Source: Bacteroidales bacterium (lineage in GTDB: Bacteria; Bacteroidota; Bacteroidia; Bacteroidales; VadinHA17). From it: 53,648 bases of DNA. Position 1 is the first letter of the stretch. Every line of letters begins with the position of its first letter. The DNA is taken from assembly GCA_019429325.1 (NCBI GenBank), contig JAHYJA010000003.1, forward strand, positions 1 through 53,648. Reading direction: 5' to 3'. The position numbers and the translations under genes are program-made. Below the pieces are notes generated by a model, which ran no database searches, was not told where the DNA came from, and saw only the letters and a list, made by a program, of their open reading frames with translations. Of the stretch, positions 37,742 to 47,779 are shown piece after piece.

Positions 37742-38767
37742 TTAAGGGTTCTCTGCGATGTAGTTTCCCAGATTGCCGGTATACCAGGTGCGGAAATTTC
37801 CGGCCTCATCAGAGAATATAAGATAAGCATCAAACTGGGTATTCCTTATTAAGAATTCCCGGGCCCGTTCTATACCCATTACCATGCAGGCAGTCGCAAT
37901 GCCATCCGCCAGTGCGCAGTTTTCAGCTATTATGGTGGCGCTCAGAAGCCTGTCTCTCACAGGATAACCACTTACAGGATCGATGGTGTGCGAGTATTTA
38001 ACGCCCTCTTCAATAATGAATTTTCTGTAGTTGCCTGACGTGGCCAGCGATCTGTCGCTGATCCTGATTACTGCCTGCATATTATAACCCGGGATCAGGT
38101 TATTATCCTCCGGCCTGTCGATGCCTATCCTCCAGTATGCACCGTTCCTTAAGCCTTTGGTCCTCACCTCTCCCCCTATTTCAATCAGATAGCTGTCAAT
38201 CTTTTTTTCATTGAAAAAACCGGCAATAACATCCACGGAGTAACCCTGTGCAATTGCATTGAAATCCATGATGATGCCCGGATCAGCTTTCACAATGCGC
38301 CCGTCCACCAGTTCAACCTTGTTCATCCCGACCAGTCTGATAAGTGAGTCCCGTTTTGTTTCTGTGAAATTTTTCTGAGCATCAGGGCCAAATCCCCAGG
38401 CCTTGACGAGCGGACCAATGGTAACATCAAAAGCTCCTCCGGTGAGTGATGAAATCTCCTTTGACTGGCGGAATACTTCAGAAAAGTACTCATCAACGAT
38501 CACATCCTCATTCCTGTTGATCCTGGAAACGATTGAAGAATCCTGATACAGCGACAATGACATGTCAAAATCAAGCAGGATCTTTTCAACCTCATTTTGC
38601 AGGATCCGGGGATCGAGCTTCCGGTTGTTCTGATAAATTATGCTGTAGGTCGTGCCTTGTGTAAAACCCCTGAAATCAGAATATGGGAACTCCCTGTTTT
38701 TGCAGGAAGAGACGAACAGCAGGAGAGCCGCAATTAGAAAGGATAATGTGCAGGGGTACCGGTTCAT
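37742..38767 (-). CDS. apbE: FAD:protein FMN transferase (lipoprotein)
   Basis: GFTQGTTY, GAFDVTIGPLV..WGFG, DFNAIAQGY, EIGGE, ATSGNYR, HTIDP. Confidence 0.95.
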   Translation of the reverse strand: MNRYPCTLSFLIAALLLFVSSCKNREFPYSDFRGFTQGTTYSIIYQNNRKLDPRILQNEVEKILLDFDMSLSLYQDSSIVSRINRNEDVIVDEYFSEVFRQSKEISSLTGGAFDVTIGPLVKAWGFGPDAQKNFTETKRDSLIRLVGMNKVELVDGRIVKADPGIIMDFNAIAQGYSVDVIAGFFNEKKIDSYLIEIGGEVRTKGLRNGAYWRIGIDRPEDNNLIPGYNMQAVIRISDRSLATSGNYRKFIIEEGVKYSHTIDPVSGYPVRDRLLSATIIAENCALADGIATACMVMGIERAREFLIRNTQFDAYLIFSDEAGNFRTWYTGNLGNYIAENP

Positions 38768-40020
38768 CAGATTCCAAAATCATCAAATGAGACATTTTCT
38801 TCAGGTACACCGAGGCTATGAAGCATATTAACCACCGCATTATTCATAGCGGGCGGACCGCAGAAATAGTATTCGATATCCTCGGGCTCCTCGTGTTTGC
38901 CAAGGTAGTTGTCATATAGCACCCTGTGAATGAAACCGGTATATCCTGTCCAGTTGTCTTCCGGAAGAGGTTCAGACATCGCCAGATTAAAGGTGAAGTT
39001 TGGGAATTTTTTTTCTATCGCCCGGAATTCCTCCTCATAAAAAACTTCTCTGAGCGACCTTGCTCCATACCAGTATGAGACTTTACGGCCGGTTTTCAAT
39101 GTATGGAACAGGTGAAATATATGTGATCTGAGAGGGGCCATCCCCGCTCCGCCCCCGATATAGACCATTTCATTCGTGGTGTTCTTGATATGGAATTCGC
39201 CGTACGGACCTGAGATCATGACTTTATCTCCGGGTTTTCTCGAGAAAATATATGAAGAACAAATTCCCGGAGGCACCCTCAGAAACTGTTTCTTTACATT
39301 GTCCCATGGAGGTGTTGCAATACGGATATTCAGTTTTATCAGGTTCTTTTCCGCAGGATAGTTTGCCATTGAATAAGCACGGTATGTTTCCTCGTTGTTG
39401 TTAATGCCGAGATCCCACATTTTATACTCATCCCAGTCATTTTTAAACTCGTCCTCAATTATAAACTCCCTGAACGACAGTTTATATTTAGGAACATCTA
39501 TCTGGATATACCCGCCCGGGTCAAAATTGAGTTCCTCTCCGTCGGGCAGTCTTACCACAAATTCCTTGATGAATGTTGCAACATTCCTGTTTGATACAAC
39601 TTCACATTCCCATTTTTTTATTCCCAGCACGGATTCTGGAAGGAGAATCGAGAGACTCTCCCTGATTTTGACCTGGCAGGCCAGCCGCCAGTTGTTTAAC
39701 TGTTCCCGGCGTGTAAAGAACCCTGTTTCAGTTGGGAGGATAGATCCTCCTCCCTGAACGATCTGGCATTTGCAGAGTCCGCATGTGCCGCCACCACCGC
39801 ACGCAGAGGGAAGGAATATGTTATTATAGGAAAGGGTGGAAAGAAGATTCGATCCGGTTGATACACTCAGCTGGCGGTCGTTGATTTCAAGAGTAACCTC
39901 TCCCCCCGGTGTCAGCTTATCCCTGGCATAAAGCAGCAGAACCACCAGAAGCAGAATAATTAAAAGGAAGACGACTACACTGTAAAGAATTGTGCTTAAT
40001 GTTGAAATAGCTAAGATCAT
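38767..40020 (-). CDS. nqrF: Na+-translocating NADH:quinone reductase subunit F
   Basis: CGGGGTCGLC..RLACQ 2Fe-2S motif; RAYSMAN, GGGAGMAP, YFCGPP, FDDFG. Confidence 0.97.
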   Translation of the reverse strand: MILAISTLSTILYSVVVFLLIILLLVVLLLYARDKLTPGGEVTLEINDRQLSVSTGSNLLSTLSYNNIFLPSACGGGGTCGLCKCQIVQGGGSILPTETGFFTRREQLNNWRLACQVKIRESLSILLPESVLGIKKWECEVVSNRNVATFIKEFVVRLPDGEELNFDPGGYIQIDVPKYKLSFREFIIEDEFKNDWDEYKMWDLGINNNEETYRAYSMANYPAEKNLIKLNIRIATPPWDNVKKQFLRVPPGICSSYIFSRKPGDKVMISGPYGEFHIKNTTNEMVYIGGGAGMAPLRSHIFHLFHTLKTGRKVSYWYGARSLREVFYEEEFRAIEKKFPNFTFNLAMSEPLPEDNWTGYTGFIHRVLYDNYLGKHEEPEDIEYYFCGPPAMNNAVVNMLHSLGVPEENVSFDDFGI

Positions 40021-40036
40021 ATCCCTGTGTGTTCAA

Positions 40037-40654
40037 TTAGAGTTTAATACCCATAAATCCCATAAATGCGATTGCCATAAGGCCTGTAAGTATGAAAGTT
40101 ATTCCCAAGCCTTTAAGCGGATCCGGCACATTGCTGTAGCGCAGTTTTTCCCTTATAGCAGCAATGCTTACGATAGCCAGGAGCCAGCCGATGCCCGACC
40201 CGAGGCCGAATGCCGTTGCTTCCGCCAGGTTATGGTATTCCCGCTCCTGCATGAAGAGCGACGCACCAAGGATTGCACAGTTAACGGCTATAAGAGGAAG
40301 GAAGATCCCCAGGGAATTATAGAGGGGCGGGCTGACTTTTTCAATTACCATTTCAACAAGCTGAACCATGGCGGCTATCACAGCAATAAAGACAATGAAA
40401 GTAAGGAAGCTCAGGTCAACGTCTGCGAATCCTTCTCCAAGCCACGACAGAGCGCCCTTCTTAAGGATATAGTTTTCAATAAGGAAGTTAACCGGGATGG
40501 TTATCAGTATGACGAATATCACTGCCAGCCCCAGTCCAAGAGATGTCTTCACGGTTTTTGACACTGCAAGGTATGAACACATACCAAGGAAGAATGCAAA
40601 AACCATGTTTTCGACAAAAATTGACTTTACGAATATGTTAAGCAGATTTTCCAT
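40037..40654 (-). CDS. nqrE: Na+-NQR subunit E
   Basis: [35 protein letters not shown]. Confidence 0.97.
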   Translation of the reverse strand: MENLLNIFVKSIFVENMVFAFFLGMCSYLAVSKTVKTSLGLGLAVIFVILITIPVNFLIENYILKKGALSWLGEGFADVDLSFLTFIVFIAVIAAMVQLVEMVIEKVSPPLYNSLGIFLPLIAVNCAILGASLFMQEREYHNLAEATAFGLGSGIGWLLAIVSIAAIREKLRYSNVPDPLKGLGITFILTGLMAIAFMGFMGIKL

Positions 40655-40665
40655 ACTTCCTTTTT

Positions 40666-41319
40666 CTAATGTTTCTCAACAAGACTTTTATCGCGGCTCC
40701 GGTGCACCCAGATGATAAGACCCACAACAATAAGCGCCATAGGCGGCAGTATCATCATCCCGTTATCTTCATATCCGATTGAGTAGGCGCCAAGTTTTTC
40801 CATTACCGGGTAATCCATCAGTGTACCCGATCCGAGAAGTTCCCGGAAGAAGGCAACGATAACCAGTATCAGTCCGTACCCTGCACCATTGCCGAGTCCG
40901 TCAAGGAAGGCCTTCCATGGCCTGTTCGCCATGGCGAACCCCTCAAGGCGGCCCATTATGATACAATTGGTGATGATCAGGCCCACAAAAACTGAGAGCT
41001 GTTTGCTCACGTCAAAGGCATATGCTTTCAGTACCTGGTCAACAAGTATTACCAGAGATGCGATCACCACAAGCTGAACGATGATCCTTATTCTTTCCGG
41101 TATCTGTTTTCTGAGTGCGGCAATAACCACGCTTGATATTGCGATGACAAAAACCACCGAAACAGCCATTACCAGGGCTGGCTTAAGCTTAACCGTTATT
41201 GCCAGTGCAGAACAGATGCCAAGCACCTGTACGGTGATGGGATTGTTCCTTCCCAGCGGTTCGGTAAGCAGTTTTACATTTTTTGTCGAGAACAATGGTT
41301 CTCTTTCCCGTTTGCTCAT
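40666..41319 (-). CDS. nqrD: Na+-NQR subunit D
   Basis: [35 protein letters not shown]. Confidence 0.97.
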   Translation of the reverse strand: MSKREREPLFSTKNVKLLTEPLGRNNPITVQVLGICSALAITVKLKPALVMAVSVVFVIAISSVVIAALRKQIPERIRIIVQLVVIASLVILVDQVLKAYAFDVSKQLSVFVGLIITNCIIMGRLEGFAMANRPWKAFLDGLGNGAGYGLILVIVAFFRELLGSGTLMDYPVMEKLGAYSIGYEDNGMMILPPMALIVVGLIIWVHRSRDKSLVEKH

Positions 41320-41322
41320 ATC

Positions 41323-42024
41323 TTAATTCCTGTTTCTTAATAAAAAACCATCATACCTGATCAGGCAGTCTGACAACATTTCCTCCAGCGCCTTGCTGGT
41401 AATTGTGCCGCCCGAGATCGCATCAACGCCGTGGGGATTGTCAGGAGTAGTTCCGCCCTTGATAACCCCTATTGAGATGAATTTATCTCCGTCGTAGATT
41501 CTTTTCCCCCTGAACATGTCCTCAAAATCGGCAGTATTGATCTCAGCCCCCAGTCCGGGTGTCTCGCTCTTATGATCGAAGGTAACTCCATAGATAGTGC
41601 TCATATCGGACCTGAGGGATACATAACCCCATATCGGACCCCATAAGCCTTTCCCTTCTACCGGGATGATAATCACCTTTTCGCCATCGTCGGGCAGGGC
41701 GCTGAAGACCGGCAGGTACTGCTTCTCGAGAGGTTTTTTCTGCTCATTCCTGACGACCACGCTGAAAGCATCTATCCCCGGGATTTCTTCTCCATTGTGA
41801 TCGAGGACAAATGACTCTTTCACATATTTAGCGTATAGTTCTTCCGCATCCCTTTTATCAGCCGGCACACCGATCGATTCCAGCATGCTTCTCTTCTTTT
41901 CGATCTCGAGGTTCCTGCTCTGAAGAGGCTGAAGCAACGTAGCCGCAAGCGAAAGAAGGGTAGCTACAATGATCACCATAACCGTGGAGAATATGAAGAT
42001 ATATGTATTGCTGAACTGTTTCAT
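41323..42024 (-). CDS. nqrC: Na+-NQR subunit C
   Basis: GKGLWGPIWGY, HKSETPGLGAEI, FMN site DAISGGTITS. Confidence 0.97.
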   Translation of the reverse strand: MKQFSNTYIFIFSTVMVIIVATLLSLAATLLQPLQSRNLEIEKKRSMLESIGVPADKRDAEELYAKYVKESFVLDHNGEEIPGIDAFSVVVRNEQKKPLEKQYLPVFSALPDDGEKVIIIPVEGKGLWGPIWGYVSLRSDMSTIYGVTFDHKSETPGLGAEINTADFEDMFRGKRIYDGDKFISIGVIKGGTTPDNPHGVDAISGGTITSKALEEMLSDCLIRYDGFLLRNRN

Positions 42025-42028
42025 AACT

Positions 42029-43198
42029 TTACCTGTTGTTTAATGCGACTCTGTTCCGTTTAAGCCTCCTTTTGATATTTGACTGGATAACATAGTGATC
42101 GATAAGCGGAGCGAAAACGTTCATCAGAAGGATGGCCAGCATGACTCCCTCAGGATAGGCGGGGTTGAGCACCCTGAAAATGATTGAGAATATCCCGATC
42201 AACAACCCGTATATCCATTTGCCTCTCTCAGTCTGTGCCCCGCTGACGGGATCAGTGGCCATAAAGACCGCTCCGAATGCAAAGCCTCCCATCACGAAAT
42301 GGTAATATACAGGGAGTTCCATGTAGGGGTTCACGGCAATAAGGTTTAAGAGCAAACCCATTCCCAGCGCCCCTGCAAAAACACTTACAATTACCTTCCA
42401 GCTGCCTATTCCTGTAGCAACAAGTATAAAAGCCCCTATCAGGATAGCAATAGTTGAAGTCTCGCCTACCGATCCGGGGATAGTTCCGATAAACATTTCG
42501 AGGAAGGAGGGGAGCCGGTCAGTCTCCCAGGCGGCCGAAAGGGCCATGGGGGTAGCTCCCGAAAATCCGTCAATTACCTGCTGTCCACCTTTAAGCCCGG
42601 CAATCCAGACCTCATCACCTGTCATCCATCCGGGATAACTGAAAAACAGGAAGGCACGTGCAGTCAGGGCCGGATTAAGGATGTTCATGCCCGGGCCCCC
42701 AAAGATCTCAACTCCGATAATCACGGCAAAAGCTGTTGCAAGGGCAAGCATCCAGAGCGGCACGTCAACAGGCATAATGAGCGGTATAAGCAAGCCTGTT
42801 ACCAGGAACCCCTCATTAATCTCATGCCCGCGTATCTGAGCCGCGGTGAATTCTATTCCCAGGCCCACTACGTAACTCACTACTATCAGTGGCAGGATCT
42901 TAAGGAACCCGAACCAGAAATTCTGGAGAATGCCTGCTTCTATCCCTGTTGCCCTGAAATGCTGCAGTCCGGTGTTATAGGCTCCGAACAGGAGGGCCGG
43001 GATAAGCGCAACAACAACCACTATCATGGTGCGCTTCATGTCGTTGGCATCCCTTACATGTGATCCCTTATGAGTAACTTTGTTGGGAACGAAAATGAAA
43101 GATTCGAAACCCTCAAATACCGACCGCAGCTTAGCCAGCTTTCCACCTTCAGTGAAATGCGGCTTGAGCGTATCCAACTTTTTTCTTAGGAAGTTCAT
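42029..43198 (-). CDS. nqrB: Na+-NQR subunit B
   Basis: HVRD..DMKRTM, NEGFLVTG, NPALTARAF, FMN site DGFSGAT, FMATDPVS, PEGVMLAIL. Confidence 0.97.
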   Translation of the reverse strand: MNFLRKKLDTLKPHFTEGGKLAKLRSVFEGFESFIFVPNKVTHKGSHVRDANDMKRTMIVVVVALIPALLFGAYNTGLQHFRATGIEAGILQNFWFGFLKILPLIVVSYVVGLGIEFTAAQIRGHEINEGFLVTGLLIPLIMPVDVPLWMLALATAFAVIIGVEIFGGPGMNILNPALTARAFLFFSYPGWMTGDEVWIAGLKGGQQVIDGFSGATPMALSAAWETDRLPSFLEMFIGTIPGSVGETSTIAILIGAFILVATGIGSWKVIVSVFAGALGMGLLLNLIAVNPYMELPVYYHFVMGGFAFGAVFMATDPVSGAQTERGKWIYGLLIGIFSIIFRVLNPAYPEGVMLAILLMNVFAPLIDHYVIQSNIKRRLKRNRVALNNR

Positions 43199-43219
43199 AT
43201 AATTAAGTAAGACAGGTTT

Positions 43220-44572
43220 CTAATTCATTTCCCTGATCATAAGCTCCAGCCCGTTCCTCACAATCGACTGTATCTCAATTTTCGACGGGCAGATAAATTC
43301 GCACAGAGCCAGATCCTCTTCAGCCACCTCATAGATCCCCAGGTTCTCCATCAGGTCAATATCCCCGGTAATGATGGCTTTCAGCAATTGCATGGGGTAA
43401 ATGTCCATGGGAAGAACCTTTTCGTAATGTCCGGTAAGGACAAAAGCCCTCTCACCCCCGTGAAAATTAGTATCAAGCCTGTACTCCTTCCTCGGAAAGA
43501 AGCCAGATGCAAACACTCTGTTGAAGCTGTACTTGTTGAATCCGGGGAGAGCCCATCCGAAAAACTCGTAGTAATTTCCCTCAGGAATGACGGTTACCTG
43601 CGAATCATAAAATCCGAGATAACCATCAGATTCAATCTTCGATCCCGTCAAAACGTTGCCGCTGATGAACCTCAGGTCGCCAGGTTTAACATTCTCCTTT
43701 ACCATCGGTGCAACCGAACCACCCGGCAGGATCCTGTAATATTGCGGATTCCTCACCTCCGAACCGGTCAGGGCTACCATCCTTTCAGGATTGTATACCC
43801 CATCATCAAACAACCTGCCGATGGCATAAACGTCCTGGAAATTTACAAACCACACTTTTTCACCTTTGTTCACCGGATCGAGATGATGGATATGAACACC
43901 GACATTGCCGGCAGGATGAGGCCCGGTGAACCAGGAAATTTCCACACCGTCAATTTTCCTGAATAATTCTGAGCCCTGATCCTTCCCGTTCAGGACCAGC
44001 TTTACCTTCCCCTCCGTAAGCCTGCTCAGAGCTGCAATACCGGTATTGAAATACGAGCCTGTGGAATTTTGTGCAATGTATTGATAATCAGGAGCAAGTG
44101 GTGATGTATCAAAACCGGAAATAAACACGGATTTTGGCACATCCGCAGGATTCGCCACAATATGATAGGGACGCTGCCTTATGGCAGGCCACAAGCCCGA
44201 ATTAAGGAGGTGACCGATGATCTTCTCACGGCTGAAGTCTTCCCTTTTTATTCGTCCAAAATCAATAAAATCCTTCCCTTTCTTTTCAACCACTATTTCA
44301 AGCAGTCTCCTGCGGTCTCCTCTTACAATATCTTTTACCTCACCGCTTACGGGTGATGTGAATTTGATTGACGGGTTAACCTTATTCATAAAGAGGGGCG
44401 ATCCGGCCCTGACTTTATCGCCGGGCTTTACGCACAGTTTTGGAACCAGGCCCGGGAAATCAACAGGTTTAACTCCAAAAAACAGAGGATAAACCTCGCC
44501 GGCAAGTATCTTTTCCGGCTTGCCCGGAATTTTCAGATCCAATCCTCTCTTCAGCTTTTTAATTACGGCCAT
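43220..44572 (-). CDS. nqrA: Na+-NQR subunit A
   Basis: Start at ATG 44572 (-7 box TACTTTTG at 44649-44642); KRGLDL, SPVSG, GPHPAGNVG, EEDLALCEFICPSK. Confidence 0.96.
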   Translation of the reverse strand: MAVIKKLKRGLDLKIPGKPEKILAGEVYPLFFGVKPVDFPGLVPKLCVKPGDKVRAGSPLFMNKVNPSIKFTSPVSGEVKDIVRGDRRRLLEIVVEKKGKDFIDFGRIKREDFSREKIIGHLLNSGLWPAIRQRPYHIVANPADVPKSVFISGFDTSPLAPDYQYIAQNSTGSYFNTGIAALSRLTEGKVKLVLNGKDQGSELFRKIDGVEISWFTGPHPAGNVGVHIHHLDPVNKGEKVWFVNFQDVYAIGRLFDDGVYNPERMVALTGSEVRNPQYYRILPGGSVAPMVKENVKPGDLRFISGNVLTGSKIESDGYLGFYDSQVTVIPEGNYYEFFGWALPGFNKYSFNRVFASGFFPRKEYRLDTNFHGGERAFVLTGHYEKVLPMDIYPMQLLKAIITGDIDLMENLGIYEVAEEDLALCEFICPSKIEIQSIVRNGLELMIREMN

Positions 44573-44739
44573 TTCTAAAAAGATATTGTGATAAATTTTC
44601 TGCAATTAAAGTATCCTGGTCTTAGGTATGGTAAAGAACTACAAAAGTAAAAATACCTGACAATATTTTCAGAAAAGTACCTGTTATGTATATACAATTT
44701 TGCACTATTTTTGTCAACAATCTACTAAACTGTCACTTC

Positions 44740-46020
44740 ATGCACTCGTTTCTTGTAATATTGCTGTCATTTTTCTGTCAGTTGTCCGGCCAGTACAATG
44801 ATCAGCAATCTTTCAGCGATAAGGTCTTCGATGGAAAAATAAGGAGTGTACAATTGTATAAGGATGGATGGAACCTTTCCTATCCGGTGATGAAGCTGAA
44901 CGACAGGGAGAGGCTTATTCTGCATTTCGACCTGCTGGCAGATCAGGCAGAAACTTACTATTACACATTTATTCACTGTGATAAGGACTGGAACAGATCC
45001 GACCTGTCCGTTAGCAGTTACATTGAGGGATTCGATGAGAACCAGATAGAGGATTTCAGGTCATCATTCAACACAACTGTAAACTATATTCACTATGAGC
45101 TCGCTTTTCCGAACGAGCGGGTACGTCTTAATCTGTCGGGAAATTATGTGATTGTCGTGTATCCCGGCTTCAATCCTGACAAGCCAGTCCTTACCCGAAG
45201 GTTCATGGTAACTGAAGATGCTGCAGGAATAACCGCTGACCTGCGGAGGCCGCAGATGACTGAAGACAACAACAGGAACCAGCAGGTGCATTTCACAGTC
45301 AGCTTCACAGGCCTCACAATTATTGATCCCTACCGGAACATTTACGCGTCCATCCTTCAGAATGGAAGATGGGACCGGGCCAGGACAAACCTGAAAGCTG
45401 ACCTGACAGGAAATAATGAGCTGAAATATAATTCACTGTCCGACAAGAACATATTTCCCGGGGGGAACGAATTCAGATACTTTGATATACGAAGCATAAG
45501 GTACAAATCTGAATTTATCAGCAGAATAGACTATGTGTTTCCCAATTACAATATTTTGCTTCACCCTTCAGAGAACAGGGAGTTCAAACCTTATTTTTAC
45601 TCCCAGGATTTCAACGGAAAATATGTGATTGCTGTTCAGGAAGGACAGAATCACAATACAGATGCCGACTACGTTAATGTGTTTTTTACCCTGCCGTCAA
45701 AATTCATGCTGTCGGGCGGAGGGGTATATGTAACGGGAGCATTTAACAACTGGAATCAGGATAGCGGGAACCTGATGCGTTACAATCATGATAATCAGGC
45801 ATATGAATGCTCAATAATGCTCAAACAGGGCTGGTATAACTTTGAATACGCTTATCTGAAAGAGGGGACCACCGATGGCAGATCGGATATGTTTGAAGGC
45901 AGTCATTATCAGACTGAGAACGACTACCTGATCCTCATTTATTACAGGAATCCCCGTGACCGTTACGACCGCGTAATCGGTTCAGTTGTAGCAAATACCT
46001 TAAACCGTATATCGGGTTAA
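44740..46020 (+). CDS. DUF5103 protein (type IX secretion system plug)
   Basis: Start taken at ATG 44740 (-7 box TATTTTTG at 44706); HCDKDW..S, SFNT..Y.HY, SGNY, GGNEFRYFD, LKQG.YN, TENDY. Confidence 0.85.
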   Translation: MHSFLVILLSFFCQLSGQYNDQQSFSDKVFDGKIRSVQLYKDGWNLSYPVMKLNDRERLILHFDLLADQAETYYYTFIHCDKDWNRSDLSVSSYIEGFDENQIEDFRSSFNTTVNYIHYELAFPNERVRLNLSGNYVIVVYPGFNPDKPVLTRRFMVTEDAAGITADLRRPQMTEDNNRNQQVHFTVSFTGLTIIDPYRNIYASILQNGRWDRARTNLKADLTGNNELKYNSLSDKNIFPGGNEFRYFDIRSIRYKSEFISRIDYVFPNYNILLHPSENREFKPYFYSQDFNGKYVIAVQEGQNHNTDADYVNVFFTLPSKFMLSGGGVYVTGAFNNWNQDSGNLMRYNHDNQAYECSIMLKQGWYNFEYAYLKEGTTDGRSDMFEGSHYQTENDYLILIYYRNPRDRYDRVIGSVVANTLNRISG

Positions 46021-46529
46021 TGAGCGGGATGATCATCTATCCCATATTGCATCAATATTGTGTGCTTCAGTGTTTTTGTTATTTCAGACATATACTCTTC
46101 AACAGCCCTTACCGAACCGGGCAGAGTGTAGACAAGAGAATTGCCAATAATGCCGGCTACTCCTCCGCTAAGCAGGGCATTTGGTTTGACTGACCCGTAT
46201 TTGACCCTGATAAACTCCATTATACCGGGAATTGCTTTTTTCATAAGTGGGGCAAGCGTTTCGACAGTTATGTCCCTCGGCCCGATGCCTGTTCCGCCTG
46301 TAGTGAAGATTAAATTGAATTCATTCCCGGCCTTTAAAAGCATATTTCGCAAAGTTCCGGCATCATCAGGGATTATGACACTACTGATCTTAAATCTCCA
46401 GTCAATTGAAGTGAAGTATTCAGAAATCTTTTCACAAACCGCGGGACCGCTCCGGTCCTCATATCTCCCGTCAGATGCCCGGTCGCTCAGAGTAACGACA
46501 AGGATCTCAAATCTTTCAGGTAATTTCAT
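46017..46529 (-). CDS. mogA: Molybdopterin adenylyltransferase (MogA/MoaB family)
   Basis: TLSDRA..EDRSG, IPDD, TTGGTGIGPRDIT.E, LPGS. Confidence 0.9.
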   Translation of the reverse strand: MKLPERFEILVVTLSDRASDGRYEDRSGPAVCEKISEYFTSIDWRFKISSVIIPDDAGTLRNMLLKAGNEFNLIFTTGGTGIGPRDITVETLAPLMKKAIPGIMEFIRVKYGSVKPNALLSGGVAGIIGNSLVYTLPGSVRAVEEYMSEITKTLKHTILMQYGIDDHPAH

Positions 46530-46972
46530 TCTTTGATTTTTTCCAAAAGTGATATATTGTCAATAACCATCTTCCGGTCGACCGCCTTGCACATGTCATA
46601 GAGTGTCAGCAACGCAACCGCGACAGAGGTAAGGGCCTCCATCTCCGCGCCTGTTCTCCCGGTGGTGACAACCTCGCTCTCAGCCACTATCCCGGCGCTG
46701 TCTGCTTTCAGGTCGAGCCTTATGTAATCGAGAAGTATGTTATGACAAAGGGGGATTAGTCCCGATGTCATTTTAGCAGCATTGATCCCTGCGATCTGTG
46801 CTACCGTAAGTACATCCCCTTTCTTAAGATTATTGCCGGCTATCAGTTTCAGTGTTTCAGCCGAAAGGCTTATATGCCCGGTTGCCCTGGCTCTCCTCTT
46901 CTGGATTCCCTTATGTCCGACATCAACCATCGAGGCCCTGCCGGAGTTATCAGTATGTGTCAGTTTCTTCAT
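46526..46972 (-). CDS. moaC: Cyclic pyranopterin monophosphate synthase
   Basis: MVDVG.K, KKGDVL..A..AGI.AAK, LIPLCH, TGAEMEAL, YDMCKAVD. Confidence 0.97.
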   Translation of the reverse strand: MKKLTHTDNSGRASMVDVGHKGIQKRRARATGHISLSAETLKLIAGNNLKKGDVLTVAQIAGINAAKMTSGLIPLCHNILLDYIRLDLKADSAGIVAESEVVTTGRTGAEMEALTSVAVALLTLYDMCKAVDRKMVIDNISLLEKIKE

Positions 46973-46978
46973 TTTTTG

Positions 46979-47779
46979 TCAGCCTCCTATATTATAGAAT
47001 TCACCTGTGTTGTTGTTTGCTCCGGCTTCCGGTTTATTTTCGATTGCCAGCCTGAGGGCTTTTTCATAACCAAGCTCCCTTATATCGAATTCTGCCGGGC
47101 TGAAGAGACAAGGCTTGAGCTTACCCTGTGCCGTAAGCCTCAAACGATTGCAAATCAGGCAGTTTCCGCCTGTCCCCCCATCCACAACTGAAAAAAATCC
47201 CCGGCAAAGGTCCATCTGGCGAATATATCTTATTGCCAGATTCTTTTCCCTGCAAAATTCAGCTACTTCCCTGGCATCTTTCTCGTTCCGCGACTCCTTT
47301 ACGACACAGTTGATCTTAACCGGGAACAAGCCTGCATCCGTGGCAGCCCCGATACCCCTCAGAACATCCTTAACCCTCCCGTTTCTTGTGATATATCTGT
47401 ACCTCCGGGGGTCGATGGCATCGAGACTTACATTAACTCTCTGAAGTCCTGCTTGTTTGAGCTCAATTGCATAATTTCCGAGCAGTATCCCGTTGGTAGT
47501 CATCGAAAGATCGGTGATTCCGCTGATTCCGGCAATCATTCCTACAAGGGCCACAATATTTTTTCTGACAAGAGGTTCCCCGCCTGTTATCCTTACCCTG
47601 GAAATCCCATTACTGACAGCGACACGGGTGAACTCCGTAATTTCATCAAATGAGAGTATATCTTCGTGTCTCAGCAGTTTTACTCCTTCCTCCGGCATGC
47701 AGTATCTGCATCTCAGGTTACACCTGTCGGTGACTGAAATACGGAGATAGTCTATATTTCTGTTAAATCTGTCGAACAT
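46979..47779 (-). CDS. moaA: GTP 3',8-cyclase (radical SAM), compact form
   Basis: YLRISVTDRCNLRCRYCM, TGGEPL, C-terminal CxxC-x13-C, terminal IGG. Confidence 0.93.
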   Translation of the reverse strand: MFDRFNRNIDYLRISVTDRCNLRCRYCMPEEGVKLLRHEDILSFDEITEFTRVAVSNGISRVRITGGEPLVRKNIVALVGMIAGISGITDLSMTTNGILLGNYAIELKQAGLQRVNVSLDAIDPRRYRYITRNGRVKDVLRGIGAATDAGLFPVKINCVVKESRNEKDAREVAEFCREKNLAIRYIRQMDLCRGFFSVVDGGTGGNCLICNRLRLTAQGKLKPCLFSPAEFDIRELGYEKALRLAIENKPEAGANNNTGEFYNIGG

